From: Massalongia carnosa
Lineage: Eukaryota
DNA length: 64,000 bases
NCBI GenBank assembly: GCA_965645245.1
Contig: OZ287077.1
Location: 1,922,001-1,986,000 of the forward strand
Reading direction: 5' to 3'
The translations under genes and the position numbers were made by a program. This document shows positions 51,291 to 63,586 of this stretch, in pieces. The notes under the pieces are model-generated. The model was not told the origin of the DNA and searched no databases. It worked only from the letters and a program-made list of their open reading frames with translations. Positions within the stretch are counted from its first letter, which is position 1, and each line of letters starts with the position of its first letter.

Positions 51291-51960
51291 TCATCTCGGA
51301 TCCGACAAAATAACCGCAAAGCTGCGGCCTAAGTCTTCTTTCTCCTCATCTCTAGCATTCCGGCGCTCAAACACAACAATACTCTTAATAGCCCGAAACT
51401 CAAAGTGAGCTTTGTGGTCGAGGAGGAGCCGCATGGTGCTGGCGCCATTCTGATTGATAAGAATTGCATAGTACCTGTCATCCGACTCGGTGTACAGTTT
51501 ATAGCCCTTATGCCCCTCTTCCGAATAAGTCAACCTACTGGCCGCATGCTGGATTGTAGTCCAGGCCGAAGAGTCCACAACGTTGCTGCGGACAATTGTG
51601 CGTAACTTCATGGGCCGAGTCTCTCCGTCTTGGTCTTTGGATTGGACTGCTCTATCCGGAATCTTTAAAGACTCTTGGTACGCTCTAGTGAACCTTCCTA
51701 CATCCTCCGCCGCAGTAACGATTCTCGGCTTAAAATATTTGGGAACGTCGGCCCATGGCTCTGGACAACAAGGTCGTTATACCGCCGATCTGACTCGTCA
51801 CGGTTCAAGTCCCGCGTTAAGCTGAAGTAATCCTTTTCGGAAATCGTAAATGAAACCGGTCTTTCGGGATGCCCTCTCACCGCGTCCTGGGCTGTGGCTC
51901 GAGTCTGTAGGAATTGGGTTAGTGTATTTGCCGTACCCGGAGGCTTGTCCTGCATGTTTC
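51291..51960 (-). pseudogene. Fragmented uncharacterised fungal protein gene
   Basis: Protein-like C-terminal block KLRTIVRSNVV...YYAILINQNGASTMRLLLDHK...IKSIVVF. The upstream part lies in other frames. Confidence 0.4.
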
Positions 51961-52193
51961 TCGGGATTTTGTTATAATAGCGTTAAGGAGTGGTTTTCTG
52001 TAAAATTATTTTCTCGTTGTTGGAGTGGAGTGGGGCGCAAGGGCATGCATATATGATGGGAATTGCGGAACAGGGTCATCAAATGGGAAGCAGGGATAAT
52101 GGGTTCTTGTTATAGGATTTTTATTGTTATGAGATTGTTTTGTAGAAAGAAGTCGAATGACACATGCGACACAATACTAAGAGTCGTCTAATT

Positions 52194-52596
52194 AATTCTT
52201 ATCAAGGAACTCTTCCCCTCCAACGACGAGATAAATTCCACCTACTAACTAATGCGTAATGCCTGGCGAGCCAACTGCCAGACGAAAAGTTCAGTAATAG
52301 TCCAAGTGATTTTCTTGTCTTACTACAAGGCCGTAATATTCCCTATTGGGCTGCTTATTAAACTCTCTTCATCCCGGGAGTGATCGGTTCCGCAGGAATT
52401 TGATGAATTTGTACTTGTAAACCGGCGCCGGTTAGTTTTCTATACTTTTAGTAAAAGTGCTGTTCGATTGATTGATCAGACGAAGGCTTGGTGTAGCGCA
52501 ACGAATGGTTTCTGGGTACGGAGCAGAAAGTTAGCAAGGTGATGCGGAATAACTAAATTTTCATCGCGAGGATTAGAAAGTTCCTTGATAAGAATT
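52194..52596. mobile_element. Candidate MITE bounded by an 18-bp perfect inverted repeat
   Basis: AATTCTTATCAAGGAACT (52194-52211) and AGTTCCTTGATAAGAATT (52579-52596). Non-coding interior; no TSD seen. Confidence 0.5.
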
Positions 52597-52921
52597 TTCC
52601 GAGTGCGCAAGCTCTGAATCTATTGTGACAGGATTACGTGAGAGTAAAGGAAAAGCGATGTATTTTGATTCTCTATCGACCTTTGTTAGGTGAGTTGTCG
52701 CTTAATTATTTTGTGTTACCTCTTTGTGATTCTGTGGAAGGGATAGACGATGGATAGTCTCGGCGTTGTATACGAGCAATAATGGACTGAAGCGTAATGT
52801 TATGCTGACGTGAAAATCGTAAAGAATGGCTCTTTTGAAGATACTCGGGGAGTAAGAACCAACGCAACGGTGAGTTGGAAGTTTACAATCTAACCCATAT
52901 GTGCCTTAAGACAAACGAGTC

Positions 52922-54940
52922 TCATCGGGCGGATTCTCCCAGTTCATCATCCGCAGCATCCTCCTCGTCCTCCTCCTCCTCACGACCTTCACCCATACCT
53001 TCTCTGTCCTCAAACGCCATGAAACCGTCGCCAGTCTCCTCGCCTACAATCTTTTCCCATACATCTTTGACCTGGATGAGCAGTGAATCATCTAGCGCCA
53101 CATCAGGAGCGATATCCGGGAGCCGAATGATATGACTCCCAGGGGTGGGAGGACCTTGTCGTGAGTCTATAGGAATTGAACTAACATTAGGGGTGTTGGA
53201 GTCGTCTGGCCAGGATCCAAGAGTATGTAGCTGAGTATAATGGAGACTCAACAGGATGGCGGGTTTGGGATATTCGGGAATAGTAGCAAGGTATTTCTGA
53301 ACAGCGATAGTAAGGGGGGTGGACCCGTCAAGGGACGTGGGGCCGCCGGGCTCACGGAGATATGTGCTGGCATAGATAATACCTGGATTGCACCACGTAT
53401 GTGTTAGCTCAATTAGATAAATGACAGGAAATATTCGTAGGAACATAAGGGTGCAATGAATCAGACTGTCAGAGATTGATATCTTCAATGAAATTAAGAC
53501 AATGTAGATAAGTATTCATTTTGGTTGGATCATCCTGCATGCAAAAAAGGATATCAAAGGTGCTTAGGAATGAACCTGTAACTTACTTTGTCCGCTGGGA
53601 CACTCGCCAGTATCGCTCGAATGTACGATGAGATAGACTGGTGTATCGTCGAGCGTTGAACCTGGCGCGGCATCGAGCGATCCGGTCGGAAATATTATGA
53701 CTGCACCAGCCGGTGATGGGGCACCTTCAGCTGGTAATGGGAACAATGCTGGCAGAGACGAAGAAACAATCGTTATACTTCGAGAAACCTTCATAACACG
53801 AGAGCTCGTCGCTTCCTGGTTTTGACCAGGCAGATCATGCTGTGTGCCCACAACCCATGAAGTCTTGATATCGTTTCCGCCTTGAAGACAAACATTTAGA
53901 GGATCCTCAGGAGCGTGGTGCTCCACGTCAATGCTGGCAATCCCTTGCTTGAGCACGTAGACTCCGCCTCCAACCGCACCTGCACGACAAGCTACCTGGG
54001 ATATTTCCGAAAGCCCGCCCCACTTTGGAATGACGGATCCAAACCCAGGGCCAAACAGTCCTATGGATGTGAGATGTCGATGTATCCGGGTTATTGCAGT
54101 GTGAGTATTTGTCCGCGAAGGAGGATAAGGTGACGAAGTCAAGGCAAAGATTGGAGGCTGTAGTTCGGGTGGGATCTTGAAGTGTGTCTCCAGGACATGA
54201 TGGAAGGGCAAAAAGCCCCAGGTGTCAAGGAATGGTATATGAACTTCGGGGTCAGCGGCGAGCTTTAATAACTTCATGAGCGATCTCTTGGATCGAATAT
54301 CGACGCTCTTATCGGCAAACACATCTTCTCGACCACCAGGGATTCTGGACAGTTTACCGATCGATTCTTGAGAAGGAGAAATGGAGGAATCTCCATTGTC
54401 TTCTCTTGTGCTACGCTCCTTGACATATACCCACCACGAACCCACCGCCATAAATTCCAGCTGGCGATAGACCTTGGAAGTAACTAATGCAGGGAGCAGA
54501 TTGCAGCGGGTATAAATCAGTTGAGGGGATAGCGAGATGCTATAAGCTCGAGGTAACCCAAGCACGCTGCCCCCTGCACTTGCATTTGGAGTAGAAAGCA
54601 CAGCATCTCGAAAGGGTGACTGGCTGGATGCTGTTAGGTCGTGAGCATTGTGGCTGGCCAGTGTCCACTTTAAGCTATACCATTATTGACCGCCTCTACC
54701 CAGGGTTCGATCTCTTGCAGGCTAAGCACTGCTTCCGCTCCGCCATAATAGTCGTTCTTGTCGACATGAAGCACCTTTTTACCGGATCTCGAAAGCGCTC
54801 TTCCTCAGCAGCTGCGTCAGTCAGAATAATTATTTCGCCATGTCCAATAGCATTGCGCTTTCTTACAATGCAAGCAATGATTGCGAGATTCCAGTCCCAG
54901 CGAGAACGACGTCCCATGTGGTATCGCTCAGAGAGTCCAT
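52922..54940 (-). CDS. MRS6: Rab geranylgeranyltransferase component A (Rab escort protein, GDI/REP family), multi-exon
   Basis: MDSLSDTTWDVVLAGTGISQSLLAL / ALSRSGKKVLHVDKNDYYGG, IPGGREDVF, SEISQVACRAGAVGGGVYVL, HSSDTGECP and an acidic tail. Confidence 0.9.
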
Positions 54941-55695
54941 TTGAAGGGCCAAGTACAAGGTTGAGAGTCAAAATGGGGAATTGGCGCTATTTCCACATCA
55001 TAACCACTTACCGTAAATTACCAGACTTACCATACTAGCTGAAAGGATGGAAACCTGTGAAGATGATTCAACTGATTCTTAACTGATTCTCAACTGATTC
55101 AACTGAATCAATCGACTAATTACCTACGCAGGTATTGTGAATCTTGTGCCAGCGCAAATGCCACAAAGCTCACACGCAGATGGTGAGCTTCAATGCCCAT
55201 TAATACCCGAATCAACGTTGCAATTACACGCCCATTTGCACGTGGATCGAGCCTTGATCTTCAGTGATCACCGGTTTTGTATGTGGGAAACCAAGTCCAC
55301 CGGACGTCATCCTGTATCTGCTGCTCTGGATTTTGCCTGAAAGATGCAGTTCGTTTTGTGATGACACAGCTGAGGGTGCTGGTGCTGGCGTTAATGCTGG
55401 CAGCAAGCGTTCCTGAATAACTGTGAGACGAGGTATTCACAGGTTAATTGAAGAGCTGGGCCAGTACAGACAGCTCATGGGTCTAATGTTCCTCTCGCTA
55501 GGTCTAGGATTTTGCACATGGCAACATAATCTGGCACTGCGAAGTTGTTAAAAGATCACCCGGTATGGCTACATAGACAAACGGGAAAATCCCTGTTGCT
55601 AGAATTCAGAATAACTACTTTGTTCCCTGGACTCTGTAATCAACCCTCGCACACTCTTTAGCGAAGAACCCCCCTCTTTCTTTCCAAATCAAATC

Positions 55696-56862
55696 ATGGC
55701 CATCAAGCCTTCCCCCGCCTCAACCTCCACCTCCACCCTCTCCTTCCCCGCGCAAACCTTCGCTAAACTCTCCCCTCACCCCTTCCTCCACGCCCACCTC
55801 TCCACGCCCAACCAACCCCCGACCCGCCCCTCCGGCCGGAGCCCGTCCCAACCCCGCTCCATAACCTGTACCACCTCCTCGCTCACCCACGCCTCCGGCA
55901 GCGCTGTCATCCGCGCCGGCGACACAGCCGTCGTCTGCGGTGTGCGCGCCGAGACGCTGCTTGTTAGGGACATTGCCGATTACACCCCACGACCTTCCAT
56001 CTCCCTCTCCACGAGAAATGGCAATGAGAGAGGCCGGCCCCAGGACACAAACAGGGAGGAGGAGAGACAGAGAAGGAGAGAAGACGTGCAGGAGATGGCG
56101 AGACTGAACCTGCTGGTTCCAAACGTCGAGCTCGCAACAGGCTGTTCACCCGCGCATCTCCCGGGCGGTCCCCCCTCCTCGCTCGCGCAGACACTCACGC
56201 AGCGCATTCTGACTCTACTGCACGTGTCGCAACTCCTCGACATGGACGATCTACGTATCTGGCACCATCCTCCCCCCGTCACCACCTCTCCACCATCCCC
56301 AACAACCCCATCTTCAGGCGAAGAAATAGAAATGGACACCTCCGCCTCCCCCCGTCCAAGCGACAACAACCACGACGTAAATGAGCCCCACGCGATGCCC
56401 GAAGTCAAAGCCTTCTGGACCCTTTACATCGATATCCTTTTCATCTCCCTCGATGGCAACCCCTTCGACGCTGCCTGGACGGCCCTCCTCGCCGCCCTCG
56501 CCAACGTCCGTCTCCCCCGCGCATACTGGGACTTGGATCGCGACGCCGTGCTCTGCGATGATGACCCCTCCGCTGCCCAGAGGCTGCGCTTTACGCCGGA
56601 GGAGGTGCCCGTGGCGCTGAGTTTTGGTGTGTTCCGCGACGCCGGGAGGAAGTGGGTGCTGGTGGATATGGATGGGTTCGAGGAGGGGCTGTGCGTGGAG
56701 GGGGGGACGGTTGTGGTGAGGAAGGGAAGAGGGGAGGTGGTGCGGGTGGAGAAGGCAGGAGGTGGAGGGGTGGGGGTGGGGGAGATTAGGGAGGTTTTGG
56801 AGGGGGCGAGGGCGCGGTGGAGGGAGTTGAGGGGGGTTTTGGCTTGGGATGGGGGGGATTGA
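55696..56862 (+). CDS. RRP43: Exosome complex RNase PH-like subunit Rrp43
   Basis: FAKLSPHPFL, GSAVIRAGDTAVVCGVRAE, LLVPNVELATGCS and WTLYIDILFISLDGNPFDAAW. Confidence 0.88.
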   Translation: MAIKPSPASTSTSTLSFPAQTFAKLSPHPFLHAHLSTPNQPPTRPSGRSPSQPRSITCTTSSLTHASGSAVIRAGDTAVVCGVRAETLLVRDIADYTPRPSISLSTRNGNERGRPQDTNREEERQRRREDVQEMARLNLLVPNVELATGCSPAHLPGGPPSSLAQTLTQRILTLLHVSQLLDMDDLRIWHHPPPVTTSPPSPTTPSSGEEIEMDTSASPRPSDNNHDVNEPHAMPEVKAFWTLYIDILFISLDGNPFDAAWTALLAALANVRLPRAYWDLDRDAVLCDDDPSAAQRLRFTPEEVPVALSFGVFRDAGRKWVLVDMDGFEEGLCVEGGTVVVRKGRGEVVRVEKAGGGGVGVGEIREVLEGARARWRELRGVLAWDGGD

Positions 56863-57082
56863 GGGTGTCATGTTTCTGATATTGGGTGAAGTAAAGCGAT
56901 TGGTCCGTAGGGTTGGACCAGTGTTGAAAAGCGATCAAGGAATCCACGTTGGACCAAATGTTTGATGGCGCAAAGTATCATGTAGCATTACTTTGCAAAA
57001 CTTGTTTTTTGACTCCTTGCCCGCCAAACGAACAGGGGTATCATGATTCTCCCTCTCAGCAAATATACAGAAACCCTAAACT

Positions 57083-58954
57083 TTACTCCGTCCTCTGCCG
57101 TTTCCCCGCCGGCTCCCCAGGCTGCTCCGCACCCGACCGTCGATGATGAAGTCCTCCCCCCTCCGAGGCATTCTCGCGGCCCAGGTCCTCCTGCGAAGCC
57201 ACTCGCAGCTCGTCTTCTATGCTAGGTCGGGTCGGGAGCTTTGCTTTGGTAGAGGAAGGCCTCTTCTCCTCCGAGCTGAAAGTTGGACGGGGTGCGGACG
57301 GGAGTGAGATTGAGAAAAACACAAGCTCTTTTCTCGTTCTGCTGCTGGATTTCTGGTTGGTCGATCTGGCTGCTGAGCCCTTCTCCTCCTTGCTATCTCC
57401 CACATCAAGAACCTCAGCCCCCTCGTTTACCGTTCCCTCTAGCCTCTTGACAATTTTTTCCTGCCGGGCAAGAGAAAAGATACTCTCCAATCCCTTTGAA
57501 CTCTTGGACGCTTTCTCCCCAGAATCTTCGTCCACAGCTTCATTGTACTCCCACATCAGCTTTGCCTCGCCTCTCACGAAAGCCGTTGCCCATAGCGAGC
57601 CTAGGACGCCAGGGACAAGATACAGGAGTGCCGGCTGCGCATGGCCGTAGACTTGCATGATGGAAAGGGTGATGATCATGCCAGTGGCGTAACCGACAAG
57701 ACTGGTGTGGAAGTAAGTCTTGGGGAATAGACCTCCCAAATGCTTATTTTCAATGCCGGAAACCCTACGGGAGACCCAGAAACGCTCTCCCCAGCCTCCG
57801 GCAGCAGGGTACCATTTAGCTTCCACGATCCTTGCAGGTGAATCATGCTCCTCTGAAGTTTGCGCTCCAAGTTTAGCTTGGCGGGTTTGCTTCCGTAGGT
57901 AAAACAAGTAAAGATCGAATCGAAGAGCCAAACCGATCATGATGCCTGGGAGGACGATATCTCCTAGCCCAAGCATTGCTAAAGATTGCTTGCTAGGATC
58001 CTCATTCAGCCCTGCTGGTCGTGGGAAAAGAAGCTTGATCGGAATATCAAGTTTTTTGGCCACGGTGACCATAAGAGGCGTGAAAAAGACAAAATATATA
58101 TCATAGACGAACAACGAGCTCAAGATCATGGTTCCAGTCCAGAACGTGGTTGGTGACATTAGCTGAAGGGCGCTGTAGGCAAAACTAAGCCCCAGCACGT
58201 TTGTTAGCCACCATGGTTTGTCGATAAGATTGAAATATAATATAGCAAGGACAGCAAGAATGAGGCCCGAGAAGCCTTGAGGGCCTATCCGAAAGCGTGC
58301 TTCGGCAATTTTATGCACATAGGCGTGGACATGCAACTGTCTTGAAGGAAGCTCTTTAAGAATCCACAATATTTCGTTGGTCTTTGACGATAATTCCAGC
58401 TTCGAAAGCTGTCCTGGTAAAGGTAAATCCCGATGAATTGATTTGCTAGACGTACTTTCCGCCTTTCTTCCCTTTCTATCGACAGTCCAGACTTCCCCAT
58501 CAGACGTATATATGGTTGGAAAGATATAAGACGTCGCAACCGACATTGAGTCTGTGAGTAACCTAGCCACGGAAAGCACACCAAAGACGGAAAAATACCA
58601 GTTCAAGATATTATTGAGCAAAGTTGGATCTTCAAGCCATTTGATGAGAAAGTAAAGTCCTGCAAGCGTGCAGCCAGCCAATAAAGGAAACATAATTGCG
58701 TCCACAGGAGACAGTCCTTCCATCTTCTGCTGGTTACCTTCATCTTCGCTGTCTTCCCCATCGTCGTCGTCGGCTGCCGGCCTTACAGGCTTGCTCGGCT
58801 TGGCCGCAGAGGAGGGAATGGAAAGAGAGGCATGAGCGCCTGTGTAGATGGAGAAAAGGGCTGACAGGATGACGTGTAAGTACGTTGGCAGGAGGGGTTG
58901 AACGATGGAAAATTCAAAAGCTATTTGACCAAGCAGTTCCGCCATAGACCTCAT
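57083..58954 (-). CDS. Signal peptide peptidase (GXGD intramembrane aspartyl protease, A22B)
   Basis: Catalytic YD (FVYDIYFVF), LGLGD and QPALLY motifs, with multiple TM segments. Confidence 0.95.
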   Translation of the reverse strand: MRSMAELLGQIAFEFSIVQPLLPTYLHVILSALFSIYTGAHASLSIPSSAAKPSKPVRPAADDDDGEDSEDEGNQQKMEGLSPVDAIMFPLLAGCTLAGLYFLIKWLEDPTLLNNILNWYFSVFGVLSVARLLTDSMSVATSYIFPTIYTSDGEVWTVDRKGRKAESTSSKSIHRDLPLPGQLSKLELSSKTNEILWILKELPSRQLHVHAYVHKIAEARFRIGPQGFSGLILAVLAILYFNLIDKPWWLTNVLGLSFAYSALQLMSPTTFWTGTMILSSLFVYDIYFVFFTPLMVTVAKKLDIPIKLLFPRPAGLNEDPSKQSLAMLGLGDIVLPGIMIGLALRFDLYLFYLRKQTRQAKLGAQTSEEHDSPARIVEAKWYPAAGGWGERFWVSRRVSGIENKHLGGLFPKTYFHTSLVGYATGMIITLSIMQVYGHAQPALLYLVPGVLGSLWATAFVRGEAKLMWEYNEAVDEDSGEKASKSSKGLESIFSLARQEKIVKRLEGTVNEGAEVLDVGDSKEEKGSAARSTNQKSSSRTRKELVFFSISLPSAPRPTFSSEEKRPSSTKAKLPTRPSIEDELRVASQEDLGRENASEGGGLHHRRSGAEQPGEPAGKRQRTE

Positions 58955-59267
58955 GATGCAAGGATAGTAAAGGGAATTCTAGGATGCTCTAAGGTCTCTT
59001 AAGATTTAACCTAGAGTATTACTTGTAAAGGGAAAGTGTAAGTTACAGTCAGTCTAGATACAAAATGATTGTGATTACTTGAGGGAAAGGAAAGTTCCAA
59101 AGCTGCGATTTGTAAAGTACGCCGACAGGTAGTGTTTGCTTCGGATGACTCTATAGGGCTGTAAGCGCTAGTTATGGGCGGCCAAGCGCCAGATCACTTC
59201 CTTTCCTTACAAATAAATTTAAACCTGTAGATTCTTCCCCATTTACCTAATATACGTTTGACTCATT

Positions 59268-59859
59268 ATGGCTACAAATGTTGCTATTGACACCTCTATG
59301 GTGGGTAGACTCTGCTTATTTCGGGAACACCATTGACTGTTGTAAGGGATCAATCGTAGTCGAGCTATACAATAAGCATGCCCCAAAGGTGAGCCCTCTC
59401 TCTGGCTCAACGCTGCCGCAACATCTATTGACGATTTTCCAGACATGCAAAAACTTTGCCTCTCTCGCTCAAAAAGGTTATTACAATAATGTGATCTTCC
59501 ATCGCATAATCCCAAACTTTATGCTCCAAACAGGTGATCCTACAGGAACCGGTAGGGGCGGTAGCTCCATCTATGGGGAAAAGTTCGAAGATGAGATACA
59601 CCCGTCCTTGAAACACACGGGGGCTGGCATTTTGAGTATGGCAAACAGTGGTCCGAATACAAATGGGAGTCAGTTCTTCATTACCCTCGCGCCGACTCCA
59701 TGGCTGGACGGGAAACATACGATTTTTGGGAGAGTCAAGAGCGGGTTGAGGATTGTGCAAAGAATGGGTCTTGTAAAAACAGGCCCGGAGGACAGACCGA
59801 TGGACCAGGTGAAGATTTTGAAAGCAAGAGTCATTGAGGATGGTGAAGAGGATACTTGA
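59268..59859 (+). CDS. Cyclophilin peptidyl-prolyl isomerase, PPIL1/Cyp1-like, two 5' introns
   Basis: [11 protein letters not shown] / [14 protein letters not shown] / TCKNF...[27 protein letters not shown]...[18 protein letters not shown]. Confidence 0.95.
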
Positions 59860-61184
59860 TGCAAGCTTGTGCCACGGAGATACCTGGAGTTGAAGGGAAT
59901 GAAACTTCTTACGAGCTTAGCCTGGGTGTAACGAAGCCTTTGGAACAATACCAACGAACGGGACTAATCAAACAAAACACGCTGTACCTATTAGATTTAA
60001 GGACCCACTAAACACGCCACGGCATAAACTTGAAAAATGGCTAAAAAACGACGTGCCGGCAGCTGATGTGACACATCACTCTTGTGGGAAGGCTCTGAAT
60101 ATTCAATCATCGTATCTTGACTACCTAATCTGTAGACTACTCCCATGGTAATGCACTCGTCCAGGTTTTATCCCTTGCACCATTGCTTCTCGTAAGCGCT
60201 TTTTTGTACGAAATTTTTCGAAACTAGAACACTATTCGAGCAACTGTGTTCATCCATTGGCCGTATAAAAAGCGATTTATACGGACTCGAAGCTATCACT
60301 TCTATCTCTTAAAGATGACTTAGTCTTATGCACTTTTTGGGATGCCTGATCCTGCTAAGTAGCACATTGGAGGCCAACCCTCCATATGACTATTTCAGGC
60401 AAATAGTTTGAAGCAGCATAACGACGGTTTATTTTCTACCGCCTTCGCAATATCGCTCGTATTTGCTCCCCCTTAGCCTGGTGACCATAATATATAAGTC
60501 AGAACAAGGCCTAACCAAACGCCTTTTCAAAGTTTTTTGCGATGGCAATCAGATTCGTCAAACATAACTTCTATCTAGAACATGGCAGAGCTGAGCGCAG
60601 GGCTATGCATAGTTATCAAAATTAAGATTCCAAGCTCAAAGTACAGGGAAGACGAATCTGAGCCAGGCATATTCCTTGAGTTATTGGCCTACGCTCCTTC
60701 CTCATATCAGATCCCTTTCCAGGCTCTTGCTTTGTGTTAGTACAAGTCGACTGAGCTACTACCACTTTTAAACCACCTTATCACTGTTGGAATTTCTCTT
60801 TTGACCATTGATATCATATTTGTACAAAGCATTATATTCAATACTCATATCTTGCAAGGTCCTTGCTTTGGACATTATTACTGGTGCATCTATAAGATTT
60901 TCATTTGATTAATCTACCTTTTCGAGAACAAACCACCTCTCCTGCAAAACTTCCATTGAACGCCGCTGTCTACACTATTAGCAAACAGAGAACCCTGTAT
61001 TTTCTACCGATTCGAGTTTGTCATTTTATCAGCGTTGACCGTCCATCCATTTCAACTCTTTTCCGCTTTTTTGAGACCAAAAACTTTTGAAACCAGCTTG
61101 ATTGAGTCCCCATCAATTTCCAGAACTCTGACAAGCAAATATTGCCTCCCTTCCAGTTACGCCTGTAACGCATCCTAATCCAGG

Positions 61185-62459
61185 ATGTCTTTCCAGCCTC
61201 CGAGCGAGAGCGACCAAAACCATTCGCCTTTCTTGAAACTGCCCCAGGAGCTGCGCATGGTGATTTATCATGAACTTCTCCTTGCAGATGGTGTATATGG
61301 TATCACCAATCACAGCTATAATCTTCAGCCGGCGATTTTACGAGTCAATAAGGAAATTCATGCAGAATCCTTCTCGGTCCTTTACCAAAAAAATCAATGG
61401 GTGCTCTTTACTTGCTTCAGCGAAAGATTCGTAACAGGCTTAACAGATTTCGGCTATCATATTATTCCAATGAATCTTGCGCTGCACGGCCGTCTCGCCA
61501 GCAAGTTTGCCCTTCGGCTCCAAATTATCAAACTTCAACGCACCAGTCAAATAAATGGGTACTCATATATGCTCCATTCTCACAGGCTGCATCGAATCTG
61601 CACCAGCTTAGCCCCTATGGATTGGGAGGGAAAGGAAATTTTCATAACTGTCAATGCACCCATCCATATGCAGGACAACTTGTTAGAAGCTTTTCGCGAT
61701 ATACGAGAAGTTCAAAAGGTATCGATTGTGGGAGCAGATGCCGTTGCTCCTACAATTGCTCTCACAGAGCTGATGATGACGCCGATTCATCACATGACCG
61801 ATATACTGATACGAGCCAAAGAGTACGAATGCCGAGCTGGTCGAGAATTGGCAATCGGCCACCCTCGGACCGCAAGGAGAATCTACTACGATGGTATAAA
61901 TTACGTGAAATGCGCCCAGAGAAATATCCGATCTGATCGCTGGCGCCTTGGGGGCGGTACAAGGGGTATTATTAACCGAAGCAAATTGAACAACATCAAA
62001 TCTGCATGCTTTTCTGGCGTCGCGTTTTGCTGTCTTCGAGAACGAGACTGGGCTGGGGTACACCGCGCTCTCGTTGAGGTAATCAAGCGTCCCGGAACCT
62101 CCCGTTTGGAAAGAGCAAGGGCTCTTTACTGTCGTGGCCTTTCGTTGGTGGCTACGCACAAAGACGATCATTCCATAATCTGTTTCATGTTAGCGATAAC
62201 TCTGCGCCCGGGGTATGAAGCGGCGGACCACGAACTCGATGCGTTGGAGGCGCGCTACGCAGAGGGCAGCTACACAGGGCTGATTTTTGGATCTCACGTC
62301 GAAGCTTTCCTTGCCCGACTGCGACATCAGCCCAAGGATATGATCGTGGAGCGGAGCGTGCCGAGAATCGTGCATCCCACAAGTTTTCTCATTAGAGCTA
62401 TTTCGTGGTTCATGATGGAATTGGTAAAGTTGGGCGTTTCAATGACAGTTGAATATTAG
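61185..62459 (+). CDS. Protein with N-terminal F-box-like motif and C-terminal TPR-like helices
   Basis: SPFLKLPQELRMVIYHELL and ILRVNKEIHAE. ARALYCRGL...AITLRPG resembles a TPR. The frame is open for 424 aa. Confidence 0.65.
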   Translation: MSFQPPSESDQNHSPFLKLPQELRMVIYHELLLADGVYGITNHSYNLQPAILRVNKEIHAESFSVLYQKNQWVLFTCFSERFVTGLTDFGYHIIPMNLALHGRLASKFALRLQIIKLQRTSQINGYSYMLHSHRLHRICTSLAPMDWEGKEIFITVNAPIHMQDNLLEAFRDIREVQKVSIVGADAVAPTIALTELMMTPIHHMTDILIRAKEYECRAGRELAIGHPRTARRIYYDGINYVKCAQRNIRSDRWRLGGGTRGIINRSKLNNIKSACFSGVAFCCLRERDWAGVHRALVEVIKRPGTSRLERARALYCRGLSLVATHKDDHSIICFMLAITLRPGYEAADHELDALEARYAEGSYTGLIFGSHVEAFLARLRHQPKDMIVERSVPRIVHPTSFLIRAISWFMMELVKLGVSMTVEY

Positions 62460-63586
62460 GGCCCGACCAGTTGAATGAAGCCCTGGGGAACGGACTGCAA
62501 CTTAGCTCGCCTGGACTATCTAGCCACGGCTCATTTCAAAGACGAACGAGGGATACATGGAAGGAAGTTGGGACATGTATGCGTGCACCACGGCTTGGGA
62601 TTGGGGTTTATTTAGATAGTTTGCATGTATCACTGCTACGGGAACTTGGCTTGCGGGGGAGTAGGAGACGTCGATAGCTAGTCAAACACTCTCTTTCTCT
62701 TTTCTCCTTCTTTTCTGCACCGTAACAACTCGTATCCTCGATCACTGTTCTGTCAATTTCGTTAGATTAGCTCTCGGAAAACTCCGTCCATTGCCAGCCT
62801 TGCTGATTTCTCGGTTTTTGTTCCGTTAAATTCTTTCCCCGTGTCTTGAAACATTCCATTACTCGTCTCTTGCAAAATTTAGATTTCTTGCTCCCCTTCA
62901 TGTTCGCGTATGCCTGCTCTGGGCTCTGCGCGAAGGAGTTAACATAGGATCTTTGTCCGATCCCCATGATACATACCTTATAATAGTCACAACCCCGGTC
63001 TTGCGTCTATGGTAAAGTTACTCCATATTATCCATTCGCACAAAAAAAATAAAAACAAAAAGGCAAAGGCAAAGAAAGGAAGAAACAGAGTAGAAAACTG
63101 GACACATTGTCAAGGAGCTTTACATGGAATACATGGACAGATCATCGAGACGAGACGAGACGAGACGCAACGCGTTCTTACCACCTGGCAAGCTACTCCA
63201 CTCCCCACACATTTCCCCTTATCTCTGTTAGATGCTTATCTTATTTACCGTTTGTTTACCTCCCTGCTTATCTACTTACATACCTACCTACCTACCTACC
63301 TACCTACCTATCCACCTATCCATCCTTCCATACACCTATTATTAAAACTCCATCCACCCCTTTTTTCGCCATCCTCCCCCCTTCCATTCTCTCCTCCACT
63401 CAAACTCCACAACCTTACGCCAGACAGACGCCTTTGTCCCAGCTTGTCTGGCGCCTTGGGATCTGCCCGATTGGTCGGTTGGTTAGTCAGTTAGTCAGTC
63501 AATCAATCAGTCGGTTAGCTGCTGCTTGTTGTTTAGTTGATTAGTTGGTTAGCTATTCATTCTAACTGTATGGCTTGTTAAGGAGA

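Noticed and set aside
27500..52700. Starship element
   Set aside because: No DUF3435 tyrosine-recombinase ORF or bounding direct repeats were recognised at either edge.
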